DNA from: Acidobacteriota bacterium
GTDB lineage: Bacteria; Acidobacteriota; UBA6911; RPQK01; JAPXNP01
NCBI GenBank assembly: GCA_030597245.1
Contig: JAUVSF010000001.1
Location: forward strand, 1 to 51,836
Reading direction: 5' to 3'
DNA: 51,836 nucleotides
This document shows, one piece after another, positions 18,984 through 27,249 of this stretch; positions within the stretch are counted from its first letter, which is position 1, and the number at the start of each line of letters is the position of its first letter. The position numbers and the translations under genes were made by a program. A model generated the notes under the pieces. That model worked only from the letters and a program-made list of their open reading frames with translations, searched no databases and was not told the DNA's origin.

Positions 18984-21095
18984 GTGATGAAGATGGCGAT
19001 GGTGGTGCTCCTGGCTGAAATGCTCTTTTCCGTTCCGGCCGAAGAAAGTGGGATTCGAGGCAGAGTCATGACTCCATCCAAGGAATCTGTCGCCAATGCG
19101 AAGATCGAAGTCCCCGAATTTGACAAGAGTGTCATTGCAGATACTTCAGGTGCGTTCCATCTCCCCGGTATTGAACCACCAGTGACACTCGTTATCTCAC
19201 ACCCCGGTTTCTTCGATGTCAGTATCCAGTTGGAACCTGACCACTCCTCCACTCTGCAGGTTGTCTTGCAGCCGAAGGCGGTTTTCGTGGAGGAAGTTAC
19301 GGTGGTCGCGCGGCTGCCGGGTCCAAGAATCGCCCCGGTTGGAGCCGCAACCTCGACAATCGACCCCCAAGGAGCTTCTACCGCCGCTTCGACAGTTGGA
19401 GAGCTCGTTCAGAGTGTACCGAGTGTTGCTCCGAGTGGGCAGGGCGGGCTGTTTGCGAACTATTCGATCCGGGGTGTTTCTCGGCACCGGATCACGACCT
19501 CCATCAGCGGAATCAGGCTTACTAGCGAGAGACGGGCAGGAGTTTCAGCCTCCTTCGTTGATCCTTTCCTTCTTGGCTCGGTTGACGTGGTACGGGGGCC
19601 GGCAAGCAGCTACTATGGTTCCGGAGCTCTGGGCGGGACAATAGACATCTCGTCCCGACAGTTTCGAAACTGGGTCATCGAATCGGACTACGTCACTCAA
19701 GGTAATGGATATCTCCTGGCTGGAGGCTGGGGAAGTGGAGGCTGGTCCGCCGGCTTTGCGCGACGCCACTCAGACAATGCTCAAGCTGCGGACGGCACCG
19801 AACTGAACTCTCATTTCACTCAGTATTCGGGGCTGGTCAGCAAAATCTGGGAAGGCAAGAATCGGGATTACCAAATCCTGATTCTGCCTGCGGTGGGAAG
19901 GGACATTGGTAAGTCCAATACAGATTTTCCCGGAAGAACCACGAATTACCCTGAGGAGAAACACCTTCTGGCCAATTTCTCGACCCGATCCATTGGCGGT
20001 TGGGGAGTCAACGCATTTGTCCATCCTCAGACCCTTCACACTCAGACGGTTGAAGAACATCTGGAAAGCAACGTCTTCAATGACTCATTCGATTTCGGTT
20101 TGGAGACCGATAGGGAAATCAGCCTCGGATCGAGAACCAACGCCCAGGTGAGTGTCGACTATTTTGGTCGTCAGGGTGTGGATTCGACCGAGACGCTCCG
20201 GGGCCCGGGAATTCCCCCTCAGGGGTCACACGTTCTTAAGGCGTTGGATGGGGCCAGCCAGAACGATCTTGGTTTTCGAGGTTCCATCACTTTTCACGCC
20301 GACGCTGCTATCCTTGAAGCAGGCGGACGCTGGACCGTGATTAACCAGAAAAACGGTGGATCCATGGCCGAAACCGACACGGGTCTCAACGGATTCGCTG
20401 GAGTGGTTTTCCCTCTTCGCACAGACTTGGAACCGAACGCCTCCATCGGGAGCGGTGTGCGTTTTCCCTCTCTGAGTGAGCTCTTCTTCTCAGGGACCAC
20501 AGGCCGCGGTACGGTGATAGGGAATCCAGATTTGGAAGCCGAGCGATCACTAAACCTGGAAGGAGGTATCCGCTATTACTCTGCTGTTGTCCGAGCCTCG
20601 GCCTACATATTCCGGAACCAGATATCGGAGTACATTGAGCGCGTTGAGGTTGCACCAGACGAATGGACTTTCACCAACCTCACCGAAGGGACGATTGACG
20701 GTTTCGAATGGGAGTGCCAGGTATTGCTCAGATCCAGTCTCAGGGCCTACGGGTACGGTCATTTTATCAGCGGAGAGAGCCCCGACGGAATGCCGCTGTT
20801 AGACATTCCAGTGAATCGGGCGGTAGCCGGGTTAGAACATTTCAAGGACCGATGGGGATCTGGGGTTCAGGTTGAGTTTCGAGGCAAGAAGACCGATCCG
20901 GGAGATGGAGAGAAGTGGATCCCAGACGCCCAGCTTCTCTCAGCCTTCGTTACCGCTGACCTGCCTGCTAACCTTGAAGCCGCCTTGAGAGCTACAAACC
21001 TTCTCAACCAGCTCTATTTTGATACCGCTGACAGGAAGGCCCCTCTGGCACATGGGCGCGGATTCCTGATAACTCTGCGCTGGGCGCTGGACTAG
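18984..21095 (+). CDS. TonB-dependent receptor with N-terminal carboxypeptidase-regulatory-like domain
   Basis: N-terminal IRGRVMTP...VANAKIEV (CarboxypepD_reg-like). Plug region NYSIRGVS...VDVVRGPASSYYGSGALGG. Long beta-barrel region follows. Confidence 0.88.
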   Translation: MMKMAMVVLLAEMLFSVPAEESGIRGRVMTPSKESVANAKIEVPEFDKSVIADTSGAFHLPGIEPPVTLVISHPGFFDVSIQLEPDHSSTLQVVLQPKAVFVEEVTVVARLPGPRIAPVGAATSTIDPQGASTAASTVGELVQSVPSVAPSGQGGLFANYSIRGVSRHRITTSISGIRLTSERRAGVSASFVDPFLLGSVDVVRGPASSYYGSGALGGTIDISSRQFRNWVIESDYVTQGNGYLLAGGWGSGGWSAGFARRHSDNAQAADGTELNSHFTQYSGLVSKIWEGKNRDYQILILPAVGRDIGKSNTDFPGRTTNYPEEKHLLANFSTRSIGGWGVNAFVHPQTLHTQTVEEHLESNVFNDSFDFGLETDREISLGSRTNAQVSVDYFGRQGVDSTETLRGPGIPPQGSHVLKALDGASQNDLGFRGSITFHADAAILEAGGRWTVINQKNGGSMAETDTGLNGFAGVVFPLRTDLEPNASIGSGVRFPSLSELFFSGTTGRGTVIGNPDLEAERSLNLEGGIRYYSAVVRASAYIFRNQISEYIERVEVAPDEWTFTNLTEGTIDGFEWECQVLLRSSLRAYGYGHFISGESPDGMPLLDIPVNRAVAGLEHFKDRWGSGVQVEFRGKKTDPGDGEKWIPDAQLLSAFVTADLPANLEAALRATNLLNQLYFDTADRKAPLAHGRGFLITLRWALD

Positions 21096-21162
21096 CTCGC
21101 AGGCAGAGGGTGTATCAGAGCGCCAACCGACCGCCTCTTTCGAGAATCGAAAACCCAATCTC

Positions 21163-21216
21163 CCCTTTGCGTTCTTGGCGTGAGACGAATTGATTTCACG
21201 CAAAGCCCGCCAAGGT
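21163..21216. repeat. palindromic intergenic repeat, copy B
   Basis: cccctttgcgttcttggcgtgagacgaattgatttcacgcaaagcccgccaagg. It has the same arms as 3637-3720 and sits between the TonB-receptor stop and the lyase start. Confidence 0.7.
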
Positions 21217-21280
21217 TCTTATGCAAACAACTACTTGATTTGAGCGTGGCAACACTGTTGACTAGGGTCGAAGGAGAAAG

Positions 21281-22660
21281 ATGATGGAGTTTCCCGCAGA
21301 ACCTTTCAAGATCAAAGTCGTTGAGCCTCTCAAGATGAGTACAAGGAAGGAACGTGCTGAGTTGATCAGTAGCGTTGGCTTCAATGTTTTCAACCTTCCG
21401 GCGGATTCAATTCTGATCGACCTCCTCACCGACAGCGGAACTTCGGCGATGAGTGATAGCCAATGGGCAGGTTTGGCGCAAGGTGATGAATCTTACGCTG
21501 GTAGCCGTAATTACTACAACTTCGAGAAGACCGTGCGAGAGATTTTCGGGTATCGGTATATCATCCCAACCCATCAGGGCAGGATGGCGGAGAATCTGCT
21601 CTTCTCGGTGATCCTGAAAGAGGGCGACCTTATCCCCAACAACACCCACTTTGACACGACCCGAGCCAACGTTGAACACAAGGGAGGAAGGGCTGTTGAT
21701 TTTGTCATCGAAGAAGGACTCAATCCTTCTCTTGAGCACCCTTTCAAGGGCAACATGGACACTCAAAAGCTGGAGGCCTTTATAGAAGAGCAGGGACCGG
21801 AACGAATTCCCCTGGCCATGCTGACGATTACCAACAACTCGGCTGGAGGCCAGCCAGTTTCAATGGAGAATATTCGAGAGACTCGATCCATCTGCCAACG
21901 ATATGGAATTCCCCTCTTTTTTGATGCCTGCCGTTTCGCCGAAAACTGTTTCTTCATCAAAGAAAGAGAATCGGGGTACGCGGATAAATCGGTGGTTGAG
22001 ATTGCGCGTGAGCTCTTTTCATATGGTGATGGCTGTACCATGAGCGCCAAGAAGGACGGGTTGGTCAACATAGGTGGATTTCTTGGCTTCAACTCTGACG
22101 AATGGGCCCAGAAAGCCACAAACCTTCTGATTCTGATCGAGGGTTTTCCTACCTATGGCGGGCTCGCCGGCCGAGATCTGGAAGCAATGTCGATAGGGTT
22201 CCGCGAAGTCTTGAATGAAGACTACCTGCGATTCAGGATCAGTCAGATCCGCTACCTGGGCGACGAACTCGACCAGGCAGGAATCCCTATCGTAAAACCC
22301 ACCGGTGGGCACGCAGTCTATATCAATGCGAAAGAGTTCCTGCCACACATCCCTCAGCACCCGTTTCCGGGTCAAGCTCTCGTCGTGGCACGTTACCGGG
22401 AAGCAGGGATTCGAGCGGTCGAAATCGGGAGCCTGATGTTTGCCCATCGAGATCCCGAGACGGGCGAGATGGCTTATCCGGAACTCGAATTGGTGCGGCT
22501 CGCAGTCCCTCGCCGAGTCTACACCTCGATGCACATGAAGTATGTGGCTGAGTCAATGGCAGCCATTTGCGAAAACCGCGACAAGATCAAAGGGTTTCGC
22601 ATCGTTCAGGAGTCACCCTATCTTCGCCACTTCACGGCTCAGTTGGAGGAGATTGTCTGA
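21281..22660 (+). CDS. beta-eliminating lyase: tryptophanase / tyrosine phenol-lyase family (PLP-dependent)
   Basis: EPFKIKVVEP, LLTDSGTSAMS, THQGRMAE, PLP-lysine segment CTMSAKKDGLVNIGGF, C-terminal LRHFTAQLEE. I cannot separate TnaA from Tpl by eye. Confidence 0.9.
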   Translation: MMEFPAEPFKIKVVEPLKMSTRKERAELISSVGFNVFNLPADSILIDLLTDSGTSAMSDSQWAGLAQGDESYAGSRNYYNFEKTVREIFGYRYIIPTHQGRMAENLLFSVILKEGDLIPNNTHFDTTRANVEHKGGRAVDFVIEEGLNPSLEHPFKGNMDTQKLEAFIEEQGPERIPLAMLTITNNSAGGQPVSMENIRETRSICQRYGIPLFFDACRFAENCFFIKERESGYADKSVVEIARELFSYGDGCTMSAKKDGLVNIGGFLGFNSDEWAQKATNLLILIEGFPTYGGLAGRDLEAMSIGFREVLNEDYLRFRISQIRYLGDELDQAGIPIVKPTGGHAVYINAKEFLPHIPQHPFPGQALVVARYREAGIRAVEIGSLMFAHRDPETGEMAYPELELVRLAVPRRVYTSMHMKYVAESMAAICENRDKIKGFRIVQESPYLRHFTAQLEEIV

Positions 22661-23679
22661 CTGGAGAGCGGTAATTTCACCGGTCTACCTTCGCGCGCAG
22701 AGAGCTCGGCGGCGAAGATGACCTCATACGTCTTTGCGGCTCTGGGAATACTCAGGTCAGACTCTACCTTGCCTTTGATGCAGGACACGAAGTAATCGAT
22801 TTCTTGTGGGAAAGGATGCTGACTGACATCCCAGTCATCGGGATACACGGCGGGTATCTCCATGAACGCTTTGGTTCCGGGAAACCACTCTGAAGAGATC
22901 CCGTTGTTTCGAATGGTGCCTTTGGTGCCATTCGCCTGGAGGTGGAAAACGTAGGGCATGTTTGATTCAAGGCTGGTTGACACTTTTCCGATCGCACCAT
23001 TCTCATACTTCATTGTCACGGAAATGGTGGGGTCATACTCAAAATCAAGCCGCCGCCGGGCGGGAGTGGAATAGGCAAACACTTCCGAGATCTGATTCTC
23101 TTCTCCTAACATCCACCTCACCATGTCGACCGCGTGGCAGCCGCCCATCAAAAGCGCACTGCCGCCCGTTTCCCTACGCACCTTCCATGGGCCAATGATT
23201 TCGTGCCAATAGTCGGACTCGCAGTAATAGACTTCCCCAATCCCTCCACGACGAATGAAATCGTGCAGCCCTGTGATAGCAGGATAAAAGCGAACCACAT
23301 GGCCGACGTGGGTCTTAACGCCTTGCTCCAGGCATGCATCGACCAGAACCCTGGCTTCTCTCATATCAAAACAGAGCGGTTTTTCGACCAGGACGTGTTT
23401 TCCTGCTTCGATGGCTGCAAGACTCTGTGAGAAATGCAGATGGTTTATGGTGCAAACGGCAACGATATCAACGTCGTCGCGTTTGAGCGCGCTTTCGTAG
23501 TCGTCCGTGAAGTCGCACTGAAGACCGTACTGTTCCATGTACGCATGGGCGCGGTCTTTATCTTCCGGCAGAACGCCGGCAATCACTGTAATCTCGGATT
23601 CATCGTTTCCCACAAAAGACAGGATATGTTGTCCTGCCACCCAACCTGGACCTACAATCATTACACCCAGTTTCTTCAT
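22639..23679 (-). CDS. Gfo/Idh/MocA family oxidoreductase (cytoplasmic)
   Basis: MKKLGVMIVGPGWVAGQH Rossmann N-terminus and VLVEKPL motif. The 3' end overlaps the convergent lyase gene by 22 nt. Confidence 0.85.
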   Translation of the reverse strand: MKKLGVMIVGPGWVAGQHILSFVGNDESEITVIAGVLPEDKDRAHAYMEQYGLQCDFTDDYESALKRDDVDIVAVCTINHLHFSQSLAAIEAGKHVLVEKPLCFDMREARVLVDACLEQGVKTHVGHVVRFYPAITGLHDFIRRGGIGEVYYCESDYWHEIIGPWKVRRETGGSALLMGGCHAVDMVRWMLGEENQISEVFAYSTPARRRLDFEYDPTISVTMKYENGAIGKVSTSLESNMPYVFHLQANGTKGTIRNNGISSEWFPGTKAFMEIPAVYPDDWDVSQHPFPQEIDYFVSCIKGKVESDLSIPRAAKTYEVIFAAELSAREGRPVKLPLSSQTISSN

Positions 23680-23816
23680 TGCTCAGCTCTCCTTTTGAAC
23701 GGTCTTGCGCTTTGAAACTAGCCTTCTTCCGAGGCGCTGTCAATCGGGGAGGTTTGCGAGCTTGAGATGAGCAAACGGACTGAACTTATGCTAAAAAGAC
23801 GCAAGGAGGGTCAACC

Positions 23817-24794
23817 ATGATGCGAAAGCGAGCGAATCTGGATCACCAATTTCAATCAAATGGCCTGCAAGACTTACACACGGCGGACTCGATCTCTCGG
23901 AGAGGTTTCTTGATTTCTGCCTGCTCGAGCCTTTGTTTATCCGCAAATGCTCTGTCCGCTTCGACAAGAAGTCTGCAATCAGAAAGGAAGAGCGTTGTGG
24001 TAGGGGCGCACCCGTGGGTTTATGCTGCCACTCTTCCGAACTATGATCCGACTCCGGTGCTGAGCCAGATATTCTCAGATATGAGCTATGCTGGAATGGA
24101 CGGCGTCGAGCTCATGGACTCAGTGCTGAAGCCGGACGATTCAGTTGGAAAGGTCAAAGAGCTTTCGGATCGTTACCAGCTTCCTGTGATTGGGACTTCT
24201 TTCGGAGCCGACATGTGGGACCGGGCATCGCATCCGGCCATTCTCAGGGAGGCCACCGTGGTCGTAACACGGTTAGCAGAAGTCGGTGGAAAGACCTTCG
24301 GCACTTCCGTTGGAGCTGCACCTCATAGAAAAACTGGAGAACAGCTGGATGCACAAGCCGATCTACTGAGCGAGCTCATTGCACTCTGCGAAGTGCATGG
24401 AATCGAACTGAACCTGCACAACCACACCTACGAGGTGGAAGATGGAATGCACGACCTCAAAGGCACCTTGAAACGGATTCCGGAAGCCAAGCTCGGGCCC
24501 GATCTTAATTGGCTGATTCGCGGCGGGGTCGATCCTGTGGAGTTTATCCGAAGATTCGGCCGGCGGATTGTATTTCTGCATATACGGGATCAGAATGCCG
24601 ACGGAACATGGTCTGAAGCTTTGGGAGAGGGCGCTACCGATTTCAAAACGATCGGCAAAGAGCTCGAGGCAATAGACTTTTCAGGATATGTAGTTATCGA
24701 GCTCGCGCATGAGAGCGACTTTCAGCCGACCCGGCCCTTGCGAGAAAGCCTCAAGATCAGCCGGGAGTATGTCAGGGAGGTTCTGGGCTACTGA
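23817..24794 (+). CDS. xylose-isomerase-like TIM-barrel protein (sugar phosphate isomerase/epimerase) with TAT-type signal
   Basis: SRRGFLISACSSLCLSANALSA signal. AP-endonuclease-2 / xylose isomerase-like pattern (GMDGVEL, LNLHNHTYE, VFLHIRD, VVIELAHE). Confidence 0.82.
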   Translation: MMRKRANLDHQFQSNGLQDLHTADSISRRGFLISACSSLCLSANALSASTRSLQSERKSVVVGAHPWVYAATLPNYDPTPVLSQIFSDMSYAGMDGVELMDSVLKPDDSVGKVKELSDRYQLPVIGTSFGADMWDRASHPAILREATVVVTRLAEVGGKTFGTSVGAAPHRKTGEQLDAQADLLSELIALCEVHGIELNLHNHTYEVEDGMHDLKGTLKRIPEAKLGPDLNWLIRGGVDPVEFIRRFGRRIVFLHIRDQNADGTWSEALGEGATDFKTIGKELEAIDFSGYVVIELAHESDFQPTRPLRESLKISREYVREVLGY

Positions 24795-24801
24795 TCCTCA
24801 C

Positions 24802-24840
24802 AAAAAAAGGGGAAGCTTCAGCAGCTTCCCCTGTTTGTTA
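24802..24840. terminator. bidirectional intrinsic terminator between convergent genes
   Basis: aaaaaaa-GGGGAAGCT-tcagc-AGCTTCCCC-tgtttgtt. Perfect 9-bp GC-rich stem (24809-24817 / 24823-24831) with an A-run on one side and a T-rich run on the other. Confidence 0.8.
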
Positions 24841-24884
24841 TGGTTCTATTCCGAGCATCGCTCGGCCAGCCAATCTCAGGTTGC

Positions 24885-26744
24885 TTAATCCCCAACCAGA
24901 ACAGTGCTTCGGGCCCGCCCTTTATCTGTCCAGAACACGCCATCTGTCCAGAACACGCCATCCGTCCAGAACACACTATCGGTCCAGATAACTCCGTCGG
25001 TCCAGATAACTCCGTCGGTCCAGAATACGCCGTCTCCCCACGCCCTGGTGGTGCGGCCACCTCTGTCTGTCCAGAATACACCGTCGGTCCAGAACACACC
25101 ATCTGTCCAGAACACACCATCTGTCCAGAACACGCCGTCCTTCATTCCGGTTGCGAAGGCTCGTTTCAGTCGGTCGGTCCAGAACACACCGTTGCCCCAA
25201 AATAGCGGATCGTCACTCGCCTCAATCAGACGGCTGTAAATGACCTGATCACCGTAGGCAAAAGCACCGCCTGCCCATACCTCCTCACCATCTAACATCC
25301 AGGTGGGCGAGATAGCTTCCGTCAGAATCCTTTCACCAACATCAAGGGCGCTTGCGATCTCGACTGCCGTTTTGGCATTCAATAAACCGTTGCCCTGTTC
25401 GAGCATGCTCGGTTCCTGGAGTTTGACCGCCGTGAGGACCAGGATCAGTTTCACCAGATTCGGGTTTAAATCGGGATTCTTTTCCAGCATCAGGGCCACT
25501 GTTCCGGAAACGAAGGCCGTGGCCATACTGGCGCCGCTCATCGTGAAGTACTGTCCATCAGTCCTCAACTCGGGATATTCTCGTTTCAGAGTACTCGCAT
25601 TCGCGATGAGTGAGACAACTCGGTTACCAGGTGCTGCCAGATCAGGTTTGAACAAACCGCCAATGCCGGGTCCCCTCGAACCGTAACTCGTAGCGCTGTC
25701 GTCCTGATGCGTCAACGTACCGTGGGTGTTGACCGGATACACTGTGATGACCGTGGGATCAGTCCCCGGGCTGTATATGCCCCCCCAGATTTTGGGATGG
25801 TCCTCCGTGCGTCCCAGATTGCCTGCGGAAACCACAGTCACTATTCCTCTAGCGACCATCTCCTCAGCTGCCAGGCAGAGCGGATCGTTGAAGTACTCTT
25901 CGTAGGCCGGGTGACCAATCGACATGTTCGCCACGCGAATATCGTAATTCTGATGGTTTTCGACAACCCATTCGATGGCCTTAATCAGATTGCTCGTATA
26001 ACCCCAGCCCTCGTCACCTACGACTTTCATGTCGACAAAGGAAACGCCAGGAGCCACACCGCCCTGCAAACCATTCGAACTCTTGCCGGTTCCGCCAATA
26101 ATGCCGGCGACATGGGTGCCATGACCAAAGTCGTCAGTATCCTTGGAAAGGTACTGTAACTCAGGAGTCCCCGAGGTGAAATCGACCGAAGCCTTCAAAC
26201 GCTGCTGTCGTCTCAGGTCCTGGTGAGAGTCGATCCCCGAGTCAAAAAGGGCGACTGTAACGCCCTGCCCCATGGCGTCAACCTGGTCTGCGCCTACGAC
26301 CGATCGCAGATTAGCTAAATCCACTGGAGGACTTAGAGTAACGTGGGAACCCGTCGGAAAGACTCGAGCATCAAGAGTGACGTATTCTACTAGCGGAGAA
26401 TCAGCCAGAGACTCGATCTGGGAAGCTCTTACTCGAGCAGCATAGCTGTGAACCAGCCCGAGAGATCTAATCTGCGCTCCATCATGACGGACCTGATTCC
26501 GGTGCCGCGCTTCCGTCTCCCGAAAATGGTCGCGGCGCACCCTGATGATTACCGGAATCTCGTAGTCATACTGAGGGTTTGCACGGAGGAAGGCGGCCTC
26601 CTCTCTTAAAACGGGAGCAATTCGTGAATCGGGATTCTGATGTCCGCTCCAGCCAAAGGTTACAGTCCCTGTGAGCAGTATCAAGCAAGCACCGCTCAAG
26701 ACCATTCCCGCCCATCGCCTCAACATGACGTTCCCCATGACCAT
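24885..26744 (-). CDS. secreted subtilisin-like serine protease (peptidase S8) with C-terminal GVFWTD hexapeptide repeats
   Basis: Asp (VALFDSGID), His (HGTHVAGIIGG) and Ser (MSGASMATAFVSG) triad motifs. Signal-like MLRRWAGMVLSGACLILL. Start is ambiguous (26744, 26738 or 26726; the track starts at 26867). Confidence 0.88.
   Translation of the reverse strand: MVMGNVMLRRWAGMVLSGACLILLTGTVTFGWSGHQNPDSRIAPVLREEAAFLRANPQYDYEIPVIIRVRRDHFRETEARHRNQVRHDGAQIRSLGLVHSYAARVRASQIESLADSPLVEYVTLDARVFPTGSHVTLSPPVDLANLRSVVGADQVDAMGQGVTVALFDSGIDSHQDLRRQQRLKASVDFTSGTPELQYLSKDTDDFGHGTHVAGIIGGTGKSSNGLQGGVAPGVSFVDMKVVGDEGWGYTSNLIKAIEWVVENHQNYDIRVANMSIGHPAYEEYFNDPLCLAAEEMVARGIVTVVSAGNLGRTEDHPKIWGGIYSPGTDPTVITVYPVNTHGTLTHQDDSATSYGSRGPGIGGLFKPDLAAPGNRVVSLIANASTLKREYPELRTDGQYFTMSGASMATAFVSGTVALMLEKNPDLNPNLVKLILVLTAVKLQEPSMLEQGNGLLNAKTAVEIASALDVGERILTEAISPTWMLDGEEVWAGGAFAYGDQVIYSRLIEASDDPLFWGNGVFWTDRLKRAFATGMKDGVFWTDGVFWTDGVFWTDGVFWTDRGGRTTRAWGDGVFWTDGVIWTDGVIWTDSVFWTDGVFWTDGVFWTDKGRARSTVLVGD
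24928..25194. repeat. 18-bp tandem repeat (6 units, 33-bp spacer, 4 units, 36-bp spacer, 1 unit) inside the S8 gene
   Basis: Units of gtccagaacacNccNtcN at 24928-25035 and 25069-25140, plus a lone unit at 25177-25194. Adjacent identical pairs occur at 24982-25017 and 25087-25122. Confidence 0.95.
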
Positions 26745-27038
26745 CAACGCCTCTTCAGAGTTCAAAAAGTGGGGGCACTTAGCATCACCGCTCCATAATG
26801 TAACTCTTCGTGGCTCTCCTGCACTGTGAGTGCTCTCACACTTGTCAACGGTTTTCGTTGCTGTCAATCGGTTCTATTGAGAGGGTGGGACCGGCTGTAT
26901 TGGTGCGCACTTAGGCTGCGCCAGCCCTCCATCTACCGGCAGAGTAGCGTTTGTCTCTATTTTCAACCACCCCGATTTGTTTAGGACGAGACTTCAGAAT
27001 CCTACGACCTTGAGCCAAGTGACATGCTACTGACTATC

Positions 27039-27233
27039 AGGGTCTGTGGCCAAAAGCGGAACCGCAGAAGTTCAAAGCTCGAAATTCGAAACCAGCACGA
27101 AATCAGAAGGTCTAAACGACTTAAAGTGACTGTTTCTAAACAGCTTATCAGCGAAAGCCTGTTTCAGTCATTAGATATTCGAGCTTGAGATTTGTTTCGA
27201 GTTTAGAGCTTCGGATTTGGGTGGGATGCCCTT
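27039..27233 (+). repeat. MITE-like ~190-bp repeat, copy 1
   Basis: 27121-27180 matches the reverse complement of 35581-35640 at 55 of 60 positions. Similarity extends with small indels to both ends. Internal inverted sub-arms are present (caaagctcgaaattcgaaac / gtttcgagtttagagcttcgg). Confidence 0.85.
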
Positions 27234-27249
27234 TTGGGAAACGCACCCA

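Noticed and set aside
24928-25194. Possible CRISPR array, because of regularly spaced short repeats
   Set aside because: The units are contiguous 18-mers with no unique spacers, lie in frame inside a protease gene, and there are no cas genes.
24840-25239. Plus-strand ORFs 24840..25205 and 24904..25239 encoding SVQNTP / PEH(A/T)I periodic peptides, and minus-frame ORFs 24818..25120 and 24976..25200
   Set aside because: They are alternative-frame or antisense readings of the 18-bp tandem repeat inside the S8 protease gene. Only the 24885..26744(-) frame connects to a complete catalytic domain.
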